Shown piece by piece: positions 5,775-6,177 of a stretch of 6,177 nucleotides of DNA (positions within the stretch are counted from its first letter, which is position 1; the number at the start of each line of letters is the position of its first letter). The DNA is from a virus, in the IMG/VR virus record IMGVR_UViG_3300045988_043592, positions 1 through 6,177 of that record; one strand, 5' to 3'. Below the pieces are notes generated by a model. It ran no database searches. It was given only the letters and a program-made list of their open reading frames with translations, and had not been told where the DNA came from. The position numbers and the translations under genes were made by a program.

Positions 5775-5961
5775 GCATCAGAAAGAAAAATTAATTACAG
5801 CAGTAGTTACATTCATTACTACAGTGTTAAGTATCCTATTTTTACAAGCTTGTACCATGAGTATGAGCATCGCAAAAAATAACAACGGAACATTTGAACA
5901 AAATCAAGAGCAAAGTACTAGTGTGGATAGTACGAAATTTTATAACAATTTTAATAAGTAA
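5767..5961 (+). CDS. Putative small lipoprotein, 64 aa precursor and about 36 aa mature peptide
   Basis: The N-region is positively charged (MTKHQKEK). The hydrophobic core is LITAVVTFITTVLSILF. The lipobox is L-Q-A-C, with the Cys29 codon at 5851-5853. The mature part is polar and N/Q/S/T-rich. Confidence 0.6.
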   Translation: MTKHQKEKLITAVVTFITTVLSILFLQACTMSMSIAKNNNGTFEQNQEQSTSVDSTKFYNNFNK

Positions 5962-5966
5962 AAATT

Positions 5967-6177
5967 ATGAAAAAAAACGGAATGAACCTATTCAGAGTGG
6001 AAAAAACCAAAGTAAACGAAGAAGAAAAATTCGTAATCGTATGCGGAAAGTATCGCGCGTCAAAAATGGAATTCGAAACAAAAGAAGCCACAGAAAATTA
6101 CATTGAAAGCATGATTGATTGGGATATGCTAGTGACCATTGTAGGACAATTAAGCGAGCATATCACAGAAAAAAAAG
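5967..6177 (+). CDS. 5' part of the junction-spanning hypothetical protein. The full ORF runs 5967-6082 and then 1-121 on the circle, giving 78 aa: MKKNGMNLFRVEKTKVNEEEKFVIVCGKYRASKMEFETKEATENYIESMIDWDMLVTIVGQLSEHITEKKVNEMLNSK
   Basis: I translated it by hand in frame 3 from ATG 5967. The frame stays open to the window end and continues through the overlap to TAA 119-121. It is absent from the supplied track only because linearisation cuts it. Confidence 0.6.
   Translation, partial: MKKNGMNLFRVEKTKVNEEEKFVIVCGKYRASKMEFETKEATENYIESMIDWDMLVTIVGQLSEHITEKK
6083..6177. repeat. Terminal direct repeat (copy 2), identical to 1-95
   Basis: 95/95 identity with the window start. Confidence 0.95.

Overview
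This window is one complete circular ssDNA phage genome of the family Microviridae, linearised with a 95-nt terminal overlap. Bases 1-95 are identical to 6083-6177, so the unit length is 6,082 nt. All credible genes are on the + strand and tightly packed. They are a major capsid protein (VP1/F-like, 130-2118), a 112-aa small protein (2130-2468), a VP2/H-like pilot or minor capsid protein (2678-3790) and an HUH rolling-circle Rep (VP4/A-like, 3792-4796). Five small ORFs follow (5152 onward). The last one crosses the circular junction and is missing from the supplied ORF track. No start codon has a Shine-Dalgarno sequence. The one clear promoter-like site matches the Bacteroidetes TTTG / TAnnTTTG architecture, which suggests an Alpavirinae-like microvirus of a Bacteroidetes host; this is an inference. 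No integrase, lysis enzyme or phiX174 J-like gene is recognisable from sequence alone. The parts the genes do not explain are two non-coding regions that are unusually large for a 6-kb genome. (1) A ~214-nt island immediately after rep (4797-5010) is GC-rich and pyrimidine-skewed. It carries four perfect and one degenerate 9-nt tandem repeats, many CTCG motifs and several perfect hairpins. (2) A 209-nt structured spacer lies between the 112-aa ORF and VP2 (2469-2677). It has a perfect 10-bp CCGCGG-centred stem and further hairpins. I interpret these as candidate replication-origin, priming or structured nucleic-acid elements, and none of this is proven. Other leads are a 64-aa ORF with a canonical lipoprotein signal (possible lysis or exclusion factor) and a 53-codon open extension in frame behind the rep TGA stop.
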